DNA of 64,000 bases from an uncultured delta proteobacterium (GCA_963832165.1 CAWHTE010000001.1:672001-736000), one strand, 5' to 3'; shown: positions 19,831 through 29,947, counted from the first letter of the stretch. A program made the numbers and translations. Notes: generated from the sequence alone by a model not told the origin.

Positions 19831-19852
19831 AAGTGTGATCCCGGGCACAGAT
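19831..19852. promoter_or_regulatory. CRP-family binding site
   Basis: AAGTGTGATCCCGGGCACAGAT; TGTGA-N6-GCACA is one mismatch from TGTGA-N6-TCACA, in a ~350-400 bp divergent intergenic region. Confidence 0.6.
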
Positions 19853-19992
19853 TGAACCCCGGGGGTGGCCGTACATGCCGTGGCGCCAAATGTTGGGAAC
19901 GCGGCTTTTCGCAGCGGCCCAGGCGCGGGGTCGAGGGGGGATCTGCGATGCCGAGGCCGAGCGCGGAGGCTATCCGCCTGCCTGGCGCCAGG

Positions 19993-21296
19993 GTGCGCCT
20001 CGCGCTCATCGGTCTCGTTCTCTTGCTCGCGGCCTGCAGCGGAGGAGGGGCGGCGGAGGATCGGGTGCGGCCGCGGTGTCCAACGGGCCCGCGGCACCGT
20101 CGTCGAGCCTCACTCTCGCGTGGAACGACGCGAATGGTCCCGTCGCGGGTTATTCGGTCTACGTTCAGCGCAACGACGGAGCCTTCAAGCTCGAGAAAGA
20201 CGTTCCGCGCTCGACGGTGACGCTGAACGGCGAGCCGGGCTCGAAGGCCCGCGTGGTCGTGGTCGCCTACTCGTCGAGGCGTGAGTACGGACCGAGCTCG
20301 CCGAGCTCTCCGCAGTTCACGTTCCCCCAATTGAGTGCCGCCGCGAGCACACCGGCCGCTACGGGCTCGGCATCCGCACTCCCCACCTACGCTTCCGCCG
20401 CGAGCAGCGTCGAGCCGCTCGCTTCGATTGCTGGTGCGAACGCGGCCGAGGACTCGGTCGCCGAGCTCACGGGGGGTGGGCTCGTCTGGCAGGCCGGCGG
20501 TGCGCTGCGCCTGACCGACGCCAGGCTCGAGACCACGCGCATGTTCAGCCGCCCGGAAGGCGCGCAGCTCGCGGGGGTCGCGGACTTCGATGCGGACGGG
20601 CTGGCCGACCTGCTCTGGGTGGACTCGGCCGTGCTCCGATACATGCCCGGCAGCGCGCTGCGCGACCCGAATGCGGTGATCCCGCTGGTCGAGCTCGCAA
20701 CGCTGGCCGCGGGCGAGCACGTGCTCGGCGCCGGCGACTTCGACGGCGACGGAATCGGCGACGTGCTGATCTCGAACGCAGACGACCTGATCTCGGCGCT
20801 CCTCACGACGCCGGGTTCCGCGCCCGCGATCGCTTCACTCGGGATCGCCGCGTCGGCGGCCCTGGTCGGGATCGCCGACATCGACGCCAACGGAAGCGAC
20901 GACATCGCGTGGCGCGCGAACGGGAGCGGGGTCGGGCTGTGGCTCATGGACGGCGGAACTCTCGCTGCGAGCACCGATCTCCCGCTCCCGAGCGACCTCG
21001 GCGTGATCGGACTCGCTGATTTCGATGGGAACGGCGCCTCCGAGCTCGCCGTGCGCAATGCGCAGGGCGAGGTCTTCCTCGTCCACCCGCTCGAACAAGA
21101 GATCGTGCTCGACGCGACCGATCTCGCGAACACGCTCGCGTGGCAGAGCCAGGGTGCGGTCGATCTCGATTCCGACGGGTCCGAGGAGCTCGTGCTCGCG
21201 AGCGCCGATGCGATCCGCATCGCGGGCCTGCCCGGCGAGCTGGTCGTCGCGCTCGATCCCGAGTCGCCCTGGCAGCTCACCGCGCTCCTGCCGTAG
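19993..21296 (+). CDS. FG-GAP repeat lipoprotein with N-terminal FN3-like domain (apparent frameshift ~20047-20050)
   Basis: VRLALIGLVLLLAAC lipobox in one frame; one extra G in the GGGG run joins it to LTLAW...GYSVYV and repeats DFDADGLADL, DFDGDGIGDV, DIDANGSDDI, DFDGNGASEL, DLDSDGSEEL; alternative start ATG 19948. Confidence 0.75.
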
Positions 21297-21391
21297 GGCG
21301 GGAGGAGCCGAAGGCGGATCCCGCCTTCGGCGGCTCGTCGCATTTTCTCTGATGGCGGGATGCGCTCGCTTCGCTCGCTTTCCCGCCCTAC
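21293..21391. repeat. Inverted REP doublet (REPIN/BIME-like)
   Basis: GTAGGGCGGGA...TCCCGCC on + from 21293 and GTAGGGCGGGAAAGCGAGCGAAGCGAGCGCATCCCGCC on - (21354-21391). Confidence 0.8.
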
Positions 21392-21422
21392 ACGATACGA
21401 TGTGCCCGGGAGGAAAGGCGCG

Positions 21423-21848
21423 ATGTCCGAAGAACATCCCGCGCGCCGCGCGGGTCTCTTGTCACAGCGCTACGTCGCGAACCGCGAGCGCGAGAAGTGG
21501 CTCGACCTGTTCGCCGACGACGGCGTGATCCAGGACCCGGTCGGCCCGTCGCCGCTCGACCCGACCGGCAAGGGTCACCGCGGCCGGGCAGCGATCGCGG
21601 CGTTCTGGGACAACGTGATCTCGAAGGGCCGCGTCAGCTTCGACTATCCGAAGTCGTACGCGGCCGGCGACGAGTGCGCGTTCGCGGGCACCGTGATCAA
21701 CACCTTCCCGGGCGGCAAGGAGTTCCGCGCTCACGGCGTCTTCGTCTACCGCGTGAACGAGGCGGGAAAACTCGTGTCGCTGCGCGCGTTCTGGGAGTTC
21801 GCGAACCCCGAGGGTGCCGTACACGAGCCCGTGGTCTCACCGACGTGA
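21423..21848 (+). CDS. NTF2/SnoaL-like (ketosteroid isomerase-like) protein
   Basis: WLDLFADDGVIQDPVG...HRGRAAIAAFW...SLRAFW. Confidence 0.83.
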   Translation: MSEEHPARRAGLLSQRYVANREREKWLDLFADDGVIQDPVGPSPLDPTGKGHRGRAAIAAFWDNVISKGRVSFDYPKSYAAGDECAFAGTVINTFPGGKEFRAHGVFVYRVNEAGKLVSLRAFWEFANPEGAVHEPVVSPT

Positions 21849-23092
21849 TCAGGCGCGCTTGAGCTTGTAGCGGATCGGCAGGTGCTTCACGCCGCCGACC
21901 AGGCCGGAGTGGAGCCGCGAAACGGGACCCGCGAGCTCGATCTCGTCGATGCGCGGGAGCAGGTGCTTGTAGGCCACCTGCATCTCGAGCCTTGCTACGT
22001 GCGAGCCGAGGCAGAAGTGCTCGCCTACGCCGAAGCCGAGGTGCGGGTTCGGATGCCGGTCGATCCGGAAGGCGAACGGGTCCGAAGATACTCCTCGTCG
22101 CGGTTCGCCGAGGGATAGAACAGCGCGAGCGCGTCGCCCTTCTTGATCTCCTTGCCGCGGATCTCGACGTCCTTCGTCGCGGTGCGCCCGAAGTGGATGA
22201 TCGGGCTCGTCCAGCGCACCACTTCTTCGACCGCCGGAACGAGCAGCGACGGATCCGCCTGGAGCTTGCGCAGCTGGTCCTGGTGCTGGATGAACGCGAG
22301 CATCCCGCCGGTCGTGCCGTTGCGCGTGGTCTCGTTGCCCGCGACCACGATGATGAAGCACCACGCGAGCACGTCCATGAACGGCAGCGGCTCGCCGTCG
22401 ATCTGCGCGTTCGCGAAGATCGTCACGAGATCGTCGGCGGGGTTCTTCTTCTTCTCCTCGACGAGCTTCGTGAAGTACTGGAACGTCTCGACCATCGCCT
22501 GCTGCGCGGTTTCCTGAGGATTCGCGCCCTCGACCTGATACTCGGGATCGCCCGCGCCGATCGTGCGGTTGGTCCAGTCGAACAGGAGCTTCCAGTCGCT
22601 GCGCGGTACGCCGAGCATCCACGCGATCACGGCGATCGGCAGCGGCGCCGAGACGCGCTCGACGAAGTCGCACTCGCCCTCGTCGCTCTCGGCGACGAGC
22701 GCGTCGACGATCTCCTTGCCGATCCGCTCGATGTCGTCGTTCATCTTCTTCAGGTAGCGCGGCGTGAAGCGCTTGCTCACGAGCTGGCGGTAGATGCCGT
22801 GCTTGGGCGGATCGAGCTGGATCAGCGTCGGAGGAAACTGATCGTTCCGGTTGTCCGGATCGGGCGTGATCACGAGGCGCGGCCCGTTCAGGAACGTCTC
22901 GGGCTGCTTGCCGATCGCGACGATGTCGGCGTGCTTCGTGATCGCCCAGAACGGGACGCCGACCGGCTGCTCCCACCACGACACCGGCTCCTCGGCGCGC
23001 AGGCGCGTCCAGATGTCGTGCGGATAGCCGAAGTTGGCGTAGTCCGCGGGATCGATCAGGCTGCGCGTGTCGACAGAAACCGCCTGGGCCAC
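21849..23092 (-). CDS. Cytochrome P450 (apparent frameshift ~22085-22092)
   Basis: AGNETT, EEVVR and SANRDE in one frame; DPFAFRIDR and heme motif FGVGEHFCLG in the adjacent frame. Confidence 0.9.
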
Positions 23093-23129
23093 CGGAGATC
23101 CTCCTCGAAGCCAGTCAGTGTATCGACGC

Positions 23130-23588
23130 TCAGGCGTACGACCAGCGGCGCGCGGGCTCGGCGCCCGCTCTCCACTCCATGCATTGCACGTCGAACCAGA
23201 TCGGCAAGAGATAACGCACGTAAAAGGCGTGCACCGTGACGTCGCCCTGCACGAGGTCCTCGTACTCCTTGATCTGCACGCGCTCGTCGCGCGCTTGCCA
23301 ATCCCGGATCGCCGCGAGCGCGCGATCGACCTCGGCGCGCGTTTCGAGCAGCAGGCCCAGATGGTCGTAGCCCGGCACGCTGAGCGGCTTCTTGCTCTCC
23401 GCGACGAGCACGAACTGGCTCGTCTCCGCGTCGGTCTGCAGCAAGAGCGCCTGTTGGCCCAGGATCGGCACGTCGAGCGCGTTCCAGCCGAAGACTTCAC
23501 CGTAGAAGCGCTTGATCTCGGATCGCGTGTCGGAGTCGAGCGCGCCCGGAGCAAGCGTCAGCTCCATGTGATTGAAGCGCAGCGCCAT
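23130..23588 (-). CDS. VOC/glyoxalase-fold protein
   Basis: FNHMEL, FYGEVFGW, DHLGL; paralog at 48884. Confidence 0.6.
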   Translation of the reverse strand: MALRFNHMELTLAPGALDSDTRSEIKRFYGEVFGWNALDVPILGQQALLLQTDAETSQFVLVAESKKPLSVPGYDHLGLLLETRAEVDRALAAIRDWQARDERVQIKEYEDLVQGDVTVHAFYVRYLLPIWFDVQCMEWRAGAEPARRWSYA

Positions 23589-23631
23589 CACGGGTTCCTC
23601 CCGGAGCGATCGTAGGGCATGATCCCAGGAG

Positions 23632-24684
23632 ATGGTCGGCGAGCCCGAGATCACCCCGGTCCGCGCAGCGCACCGCTTCGACGAGGGCGCGCTCGCGTCG
23701 TTTCTCGACGCGCGGCTCGGCGGAAGCGTGCCGCTGCGGGTCGCGCAGTTCGAGGGCGGTCAGTCGAACCCCACCTTCCTGATCGAGCGCGGCGCGGAGC
23801 GGCTCGTGCTGCGCAAGAAGCCGCCCGGGAAGCTGTTGCCGTCTGCGCACCAGGTCGATCGCGAGTACCGCGTGATGAGTGCGCTGCGCAAGTCCGGAGT
23901 GCCGGTTCCCGAGACGATCGCGCTGTGCGAGGACGACGCGGTGCTCGGCACCGCGTTCTTCGTGATGCGCCACGTGCCGGGCCGCGTGATCGCCGATCCG
24001 CGCCTGCTGAGCTTCGCACCCGCCGAGCGCGCTGCGCTCTACGACGACATGGCGCTCGTGCTCGCGGCGCTGCACGAGGTCGATCCGGAGTCGGTCGGAC
24101 TCACGGACTTCGGCCGCCCGGGCAACTACTACACGCGCCAGATCTCGCGTTGGACTCGCCAGTACGTCGACTCGAAGACGGAAGAGATCGCCTCGATGGA
24201 GGCGCTGATGGAATGGCTGCCCGCGAACGTCCCCGACTCGGACGAGACGCGCATCGTGCACGGCGACTACCGGATCGGGAACTGCATCCTGCACCCGACC
24301 GAGCCGAAGATCGCCGCCGTGCTCGACTGGGAGCTGTCCACGCTGGGTCACCCGCTCGCCGATCTCGCCTACTTCTGCCAGAACTACCGCGGTGAGGCGA
24401 CGCCGGGCAGCTCGCTCGTGGGCTTGGATCTTGCATCGATGGGAATCCCAGACGAAGAGGCCTTCGTGGCGCGCTACTGCGAGCTCGCGGGACGCGGCCG
24501 CATCGACGATTGGGCGTTTTACATGGTGTTCGTGATGTTCCGCTCCGCGGCGATCGTGCAGGGCGTCTACAAACGCGGCCTCGATGGCAATGCGAGCTCG
24601 GAGCACGCGCACATGTTCGGCGCGCTCGTGCGCAAGCGCGCCGACGATGCGTGGAACCTCGCGCGCGCGAGTGCGCGTACCTGA
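23632..24684 (+). CDS. Phosphotransferase (APH/ACAD10-like) family protein
   Basis: GGQSNPT, LRKKPPG, HGDYRIGN, VLDWE. Confidence 0.9.
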   Translation: MVGEPEITPVRAAHRFDEGALASFLDARLGGSVPLRVAQFEGGQSNPTFLIERGAERLVLRKKPPGKLLPSAHQVDREYRVMSALRKSGVPVPETIALCEDDAVLGTAFFVMRHVPGRVIADPRLLSFAPAERAALYDDMALVLAALHEVDPESVGLTDFGRPGNYYTRQISRWTRQYVDSKTEEIASMEALMEWLPANVPDSDETRIVHGDYRIGNCILHPTEPKIAAVLDWELSTLGHPLADLAYFCQNYRGEATPGSSLVGLDLASMGIPDEEAFVARYCELAGRGRIDDWAFYMVFVMFRSAAIVQGVYKRGLDGNASSEHAHMFGALVRKRADDAWNLARASART

Positions 24685-24709
24685 ATTGGGCCGGCAGAAA
24701 GGATCTCTC

Positions 24710-25516
24710 ATGCACGGGATACGAATCACTTGGCTCGTTTGGCTCACCGCGATCGCGGGGTGCGCGACGTCGCCGCTCGGCCGCTCGCAGCTGATGCTGG
24801 TCGGCGAAGCGGAGATGGACAAGATGGGCGTCGAGGCGTTCGAGACGCTCAAGAAAGAGGGAAAGGTGTCGAGCGACCCGCAGGCGAACGCCTACGTCAG
24901 CTGCGTCGCGAACGCGATCACGGGAGCGATGCCGCAGGAGTCTGGAGGCGGACCCTGGGAGGTGCGCGTGTTCCAGGACGACAGCGCCAACGCGTTCGCG
25001 CTGCCGGGCCGCAAGATCGGCGTGCACACCGGGTTGCTCCAGGTCGCCAAGAACCAGGATCAGCTCGCTACGGTGATCGGGCACGAGGTGGGCCACGTGA
25101 TCGCGCGCCACAGTGCCGAGCGCGTGTCCGACCAGATCGCGATGGAGGGCGGCGCGCAGGTCGCGGGCGCGCTGCTCGGCGCGGCGGGCGACCCGGCGAG
25201 CCCGCTGAACGGCGTCGCGATGGCGGCGCTCGGCATCGGGGCTCAGGGGGTCGTGCTCAAGTTCAGCCGCACACACGAGAGCGAGGCCGATCTGATCGGC
25301 CTCGACCGGATGGCGGCCGCGGGGTTCGACCCGCGCGCGAGCGTGCCGCTGTGGCAGAACATGGAGGCCGCGTCGAAGGGCGCCCGGCCGCCCGAGTTCC
25401 TCTCCACGCACCCGTCGCCGGCCACGCGCATCAGGGATCTCGAGAAGCGGATCCCCCAGGCGCTGCCGATCTTCGAGCAGGCGCAAAAGCAGGGCCGCAG
25501 TCCGCGCTGCAAATAG
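24710..25516 (+). CDS. M48 family metallopeptidase lipoprotein
   Basis: Lipobox IAGC, NAFALPG, HEVGH, ESEAD, LSTHP. Confidence 0.92.
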   Translation: MHGIRITWLVWLTAIAGCATSPLGRSQLMLVGEAEMDKMGVEAFETLKKEGKVSSDPQANAYVSCVANAITGAMPQESGGGPWEVRVFQDDSANAFALPGRKIGVHTGLLQVAKNQDQLATVIGHEVGHVIARHSAERVSDQIAMEGGAQVAGALLGAAGDPASPLNGVAMAALGIGAQGVVLKFSRTHESEADLIGLDRMAAAGFDPRASVPLWQNMEAASKGARPPEFLSTHPSPATRIRDLEKRIPQALPIFEQAQKQGRSPRCK

Positions 25517-25529
25517 GGGAGGTCGGCGC

Positions 25530-26291
25530 GTGAGCCGTATCTACGATCTGCTCGCGCGCGTCTACGACACGCAGGATCACGTCGAGATCGCGGCGGGCTT
25601 CCACGCGGCGCTCTCGCCCTACGCGCGCGCGCGCCCGCGCGGCACCTGGGTGCTCGACCTCGCTTGCGGCACGGGCGTGCTCGCGGAGCGGCTCGGCCGC
25701 GCGCGGATCCCCGTGATCGGCGTCGACAGCTCGCGCGAGATGCTCGCGATCGCGCGCAAGCGCTGCCGCGGCCTTGCAGACCGCGTGCGCTTCCGGCGCG
25801 CCGATCTCGCGACGTTCCGCGTGCGCGAGCCGTGCGCGGTGGCGTCGGCGTGCGGCGACGTATTCAATCACATGCTCACGCGCGCACCGCTCGTGCGGAT
25901 CCTGCGCCGCGTGCGCGAGAACCTGCTGCCGGGCGGCGTGCTCGTGTTCGAGGCGCACAACCGCTTCGCGTACGAGCACTACTGGAACGGCAAGGACTAC
26001 TGGATGGAGGGCCCCGGCGGCGATCTCGCGATGTGCTGCGAGTGGGACGCGCGGCGGCGCCTCGCGACGGTGCGCATGATCGGGTATGCGCGCAACGGGA
26101 AGGCCTGGGAGCGCGTCGAGACGACGCTCGTCGAGCGTTACCACAGCGACAGCGAGCTGCGTTCGGCCCTGCGCGAGGCGGGCTTCGAGCGGATCCGCCG
26201 CGAGCCGTGGAGCCCGTGGCCGGACCAGCACCTCGAGCCCGCGATCGAGCGCAATCTCTGGACCGCGCGCGTGCCGGAGAACTCGACGTGA
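25530..26291 (+). CDS. Class I SAM-dependent methyltransferase
   Basis: VLDLACGTG, GVDSSREML, LPGGVLVF. Confidence 0.9.
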   Translation: MSRIYDLLARVYDTQDHVEIAAGFHAALSPYARARPRGTWVLDLACGTGVLAERLGRARIPVIGVDSSREMLAIARKRCRGLADRVRFRRADLATFRVREPCAVASACGDVFNHMLTRAPLVRILRRVRENLLPGGVLVFEAHNRFAYEHYWNGKDYWMEGPGGDLAMCCEWDARRRLATVRMIGYARNGKAWERVETTLVERYHSDSELRSALREAGFERIRREPWSPWPDQHLEPAIERNLWTARVPENST

Positions 26292-27460
26292 AAGCAAGGA
26301 GGCCGACGAAGTCGGCCGACGCGCAGCGAGGCGAAGCCGAGCGAAGGCCGGATCCCGAGCGCGAGCGCAAGTTTCGCGCAGCGAGCCGAAGGCGAGCGAA
26401 GCCCATCAGGTGGGCGAGCGCGAAGGCCCGGCAAGGTGGGCGGAAGCTGCGCGTACTGCTGCTCACGCACTCCGAGCTCTACGCGCGCGACTCGGTCGTG
26501 GGCAAGACCGAAAGCGAGCAGCTGCCCTGGCGCACCGAATATCACGTGATGCGCGGGCTGCGCGCGCTCGACCACGAGGTCGAGCAGCTCGGCCTCGACA
26601 CGAGCCTCGCGCCGCTGCACCGAGCGCTCGACCGCTTCGACCCGCACATCGTGTTCAATCTCTTGATCGAGCTGCGCGACTCGGGCGGCTTCGAGCCGCA
26701 CGTGGTCGCGGCGCTCGAGGCGCGCGCCGTGCGTTACACGGGCTGCAACTCCGAAGGGCTCGTGCTCACGCGCGACAAGGCGATCACGAAGAAGCTGCTC
26801 GCGTGGCACGGAATCCCGACGCCCGAGTTCGCGACGTTCCGGCGCGGCCGACGGCGCCGCGCGAACGGCCTCGCGTTTCCGCTGATCGTGAAGCCGATCG
26901 ACGAGGGCGGCTCGTACGGAATCCGGCGCGCTTCGCTCGTGCACAACGCCGCGTCGCTCGAGCGGCGCGTGCGCTGGGTGCACCGGCACTGCGGGCACGA
27001 CGCGATCGCCGAGCGCTACATCGACGGGCGCGAGGTCACCGTGGGGCTGCTCGGCAATCGACGCCCGCGCTGCCTGCCGCTCTGGGAGACCCACTTCGAC
27101 GGGCTCGCGGCGGGTGCGCCGCGGATCGCCACCGAGCGGATCAAGTGGAGCCTCCGGCAGAAGCGCGCGAGCGCGGTGCACTCGGGACCGGCGCGCCGTC
27201 TGCCGCGCGGCGCGGCAGCCGCGATCGAACGGCTGGCGGTGCGCGCGTGGCGGGTGCTGCGTCTCTCGGGCTTCGCGCGCATCGACTTCCGGATCGATGC
27301 AGAAGGCCAGCCGTGGCTGATCGACGTCAACGCGAACCCCGACGTGGACTTCCGCGAAGACTTCGCGCGTTCCGCCGCGCACGACGGCGTCCCGCCCACC
27401 GAGCTGCTCCAGCGCATCGTCGATCTCGGCCTGCGCTACCGGCCGCACTGGGTGGGCTAG
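26288..27460 (+). CDS. D-Ala-D-Ala ligase-like ATP-grasp protein with a repeat-derived N-terminal insertion
   Basis: GTGA coupling; VFNL, YTG, DKAITK, FPLIVKP..EGGSYGI, ERYIDGRE, ARIDFR, DVNANP. Confidence 0.85.
   Translation: MKARRPTKSADAQRGEAERRPDPERERKFRAASRRRAKPIRWASAKARQGGRKLRVLLLTHSELYARDSVVGKTESEQLPWRTEYHVMRGLRALDHEVEQLGLDTSLAPLHRALDRFDPHIVFNLLIELRDSGGFEPHVVAALEARAVRYTGCNSEGLVLTRDKAITKKLLAWHGIPTPEFATFRRGRRRRANGLAFPLIVKPIDEGGSYGIRRASLVHNAASLERRVRWVHRHCGHDAIAERYIDGREVTVGLLGNRRPRCLPLWETHFDGLAAGAPRIATERIKWSLRQKRASAVHSGPARRLPRGAAAAIERLAVRAWRVLRLSGFARIDFRIDAEGQPWLIDVNANPDVDFREDFARSAAHDGVPPTELLQRIVDLGLRYRPHWVG
26294..26401 (+). repeat. Tandem palindromic repeat units inside a CDS
   Basis: GCAAGGAGGCCGAC-GAA-GTCGGCCGACGCGCAGCGAGGC-GAA-GCCGAGCGAAG, then CGCGCAGCGAGCC-GAA-GGCGAGCGAAG (26375-26401). 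Confidence 0.8.
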
Positions 27461-27498
27461 CGTTCCCCTCCATTCACCGATTCGCAGGAGAGGAAGCC

Positions 27499-28326
27499 AT
27501 GAGCTCCGACGTGGTCCTGATCGACGACCCCGCGCCGCAGGTGCGGCGCATCACGCTGAACCGCCCCGAGAAGCGCAACGCGCTCAACCACGCGCTGCGC
27601 GGCGGGATCATCCGCGCGCTCCAGGCCGCCGACGCCGATCCGTCGGTGCGCGTGATGATCGTGCGCGGCGCGGGCAAGTGCTTCTCGTCCGGATACGAGC
27701 TCGGCGGCGGCAACGAGGGGCAGGAGATGCCCTGGTATACGCCGGGCGGTGACGGTCAATGGCCGCGCCACGTCACCGCGGGCTGGATGAGCATCTGGGA
27801 TCTCGGCAAGCCCGTCATCGCGCAGGTGCACGGCTACTGCCTCGCGGGTGGCAGCGAGCTCGCCACCTGTTGCGACCTCGTCTACATGGCCGACGACGCG
27901 CAGATGGGATACCCGGCCGTGCGCTTCGGCGTGCCCGACAACCACTTCCACGCCTGGTTCGTCGGCATGCGCAAGGCGATGGAGATGATGCTCACGGGCG
28001 ATTCGCTCTCGGGCGTCGAGTGCGCGCAGCTCGGCTGGGCCAACGCGTCGTTTCCGGCAGACCAGCTCGAGGCGAAGGTGCTCGAGATGGCGCAGCGCAT
28101 CGCATCCGTTCCGGCTGATCTCGTGCAGCTCAACAAGCGCGTCGTGCACCGCCAGATGGAGATCATGGGTCTCCACACGGGCATCCGCGCCGGCTCGGAG
28201 CTGTGCGCGCTCGGCACGCACCAGAAGAGCATGCACGAGTTCTTGAAGGCGACGCGCGAGAAGGGGCTCACGGGCGCGCTGCAGCAGCGCGACAAGCCGT
28301 TCGGCGACTACCGCACACGGGAGTGA
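27499..28326 (+). CDS. Enoyl-CoA hydratase/isomerase family protein
   Basis: LNRPEKRNAL, FSSGYEL, KPVIAQVHGYCLAGG. Confidence 0.92.
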   Translation: MSSDVVLIDDPAPQVRRITLNRPEKRNALNHALRGGIIRALQAADADPSVRVMIVRGAGKCFSSGYELGGGNEGQEMPWYTPGGDGQWPRHVTAGWMSIWDLGKPVIAQVHGYCLAGGSELATCCDLVYMADDAQMGYPAVRFGVPDNHFHAWFVGMRKAMEMMLTGDSLSGVECAQLGWANASFPADQLEAKVLEMAQRIASVPADLVQLNKRVVHRQMEIMGLHTGIRAGSELCALGTHQKSMHEFLKATREKGLTGALQQRDKPFGDYRTRE

Positions 28327-28336
28327 TCGCGGGTGG

Positions 28337-29947
28337 CTATGCCCACCCCAGCATGTCTCTCGCGCGCGCGAACAGCATTCCGAGCCCGAGCAGCAGCGCG
28401 ACGAATCCGACCGGCGGGCCCAGGAACGGGACCATCGCGGCGACGGAGAGGATCGCGAGGCCCAGCGCGAGCGACTTGCCGAATTCGAACAGCGAATCGT
28501 CTGCGGGCGGCGCGATCATCCTGCCCAGCCACGCTCCGACCACGAGATCCGCGGTATAGAGCGCCACGATGTAGACGAACAGGCTCGCGATCGCGGTGGG
28601 AATCCCCACGATCGTGAGCGCCAGCGCGATTATCGCGACCGGCACCACGATCAGCGCGACGAACCCCACCGCGAGCGTGCGCACGAGATCCCCGCTCGTC
28701 GCGATCGTGCCGCGGTAGATCACGGGGCCGGTCCGGTAGGCGATCAACCCGAACACGAAGGCCGCGGCAAACCACGCCAGGTGGCCCGCATAGAAACGCC
28801 AGCTCCGGTAGTGATCGAGATAGTGCTCGCGCGGACTCCCGCGCGGCGAGGTGCGCACCTCGCCGTCGATACGCGCACCCGGCGAACGCTCGATGCTGCG
28901 GCCTTCTTCGAGCCGCACGTCCACGTCGCGCCCGATGTGCGCGCTGTCGCGCAGATAGATCTCCTCGATCCAGGGCGCCTGTACATCGCGTCCGACTTCT
29001 CCGCGCAGATCGAGTCGCTCGGCGGCGGCCATGACGTCGCGTCGCACGACGCCCTCGAGCACGCCCGAGTCGACGAACAGATGGACGTCGCTCTGCAGGC
29101 GGCCGTTGGCGGTCAGCGCGAAGTCCTCGCTCGCGACGTAGACGGGCTGGCGGATCGTCCCCTCGATGCGCGAGCTCTCGGCGATCGCGTGCACCGCGCC
29201 GCCGACCGACCCCGTGATGTCGAGATCGCGGCAGAACACGTAGATGGATCCCGTGACCTCTCCGCGCACCGACACGTGCTCGGCCGCGGCGATCAGGTCG
29301 CCGTCGAGCGTGCCGTCGATCTCCACGCGCTCGCCCGTCGCGACGACGTTCTCGTCGACGCGTTCGCCGCGCGCGATGCTGAACACGGGCTCGCGGTGGA
29401 CCTCGAATGCGCGCGCGGGCTCGGGTGCGGCGAGGAGCGCGAGGAGCAGCAGCGGCGTGGCATCGAAGATCCGCCGCGAGAACGCGCCGACGGCGAAGGT
29501 CAGGAGCGCGGCGATGCTCGCCACGATGCCGATCGCGAACGCGGCCTCGAGGAGACCGGGCGCGTTCGCGCGCAGCATGAAGATCAGGTCGAAGGTCATT
29601 TCGACTGCTCCTTTGAGACGTCGGGGATGCAAGAGATCGAGCGCGCCGGGCAGGCGCATGTCGATGAGCGCGCTCGCAGCCGCGAGCGCCATCGAGGTTG
29701 CGGCGATCGCGATCGGCACGCCGAGTGCGATGCCGCGCGCTTCCGAGGGCACAGCAGGGGCGGGTGCCGTGTGATGCAGCTCCTCGCGCAGCACCTCGCC
29801 GAGCAGCGTGCCTTCTTCGCGAAACGCCATCACGCGCGCGCGGCAGTCGCGGCACGTGACCAGATGGGCCTCGATCTCGCGAATCGCATTTCCCGAGAGC
29901 TCTCCCTCGGCGTACTGGAAGCACGTGGTCGCGTCGGGACAGCTCAT
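28337..29947 (-). CDS. Zinc-finger anti-sigma factor fused to bactofilin-like beta-helix repeats and a multi-TM domain
   Basis: N-terminal HLVTCRDC (HxxxCxxC); TMs; repeats IDGTLDGDL/VRGEVTGSI/ITGSVGGAV/LEGVVRRDV/LRGEVGRDV; about five C-terminal TMs. Confidence 0.75.
   Translation of the reverse strand: MSCPDATTCFQYAEGELSGNAIREIEAHLVTCRDCRARVMAFREEGTLLGEVLREELHHTAPAPAVPSEARGIALGVPIAIAATSMALAAASALIDMRLPGALDLLHPRRLKGAVEMTFDLIFMLRANAPGLLEAAFAIGIVASIAALLTFAVGAFSRRIFDATPLLLLALLAAPEPARAFEVHREPVFSIARGERVDENVVATGERVEIDGTLDGDLIAAAEHVSVRGEVTGSIYVFCRDLDITGSVGGAVHAIAESSRIEGTIRQPVYVASEDFALTANGRLQSDVHLFVDSGVLEGVVRRDVMAAAERLDLRGEVGRDVQAPWIEEIYLRDSAHIGRDVDVRLEEGRSIERSPGARIDGEVRTSPRGSPREHYLDHYRSWRFYAGHLAWFAAAFVFGLIAYRTGPVIYRGTIATSGDLVRTLAVGFVALIVVPVAIIALALTIVGIPTAIASLFVYIVALYTADLVVGAWLGRMIAPPADDSLFEFGKSLALGLAILSVAAMVPFLGPPVGFVALLLGLGMLFARARDMLGWA

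Noticed and set aside
17493..20720. 1075-aa minus-strand ORF and the many other long Arg/Ala-rich alternative-frame ORFs
   Set aside because: Off-frame or antisense read-through of well-supported genes.
26294..26440. Possible CRISPR array or ncRNA
   Set aside because: No regular repeat-spacer period and no cas genes; dispersed palindromic repeats explain it better.
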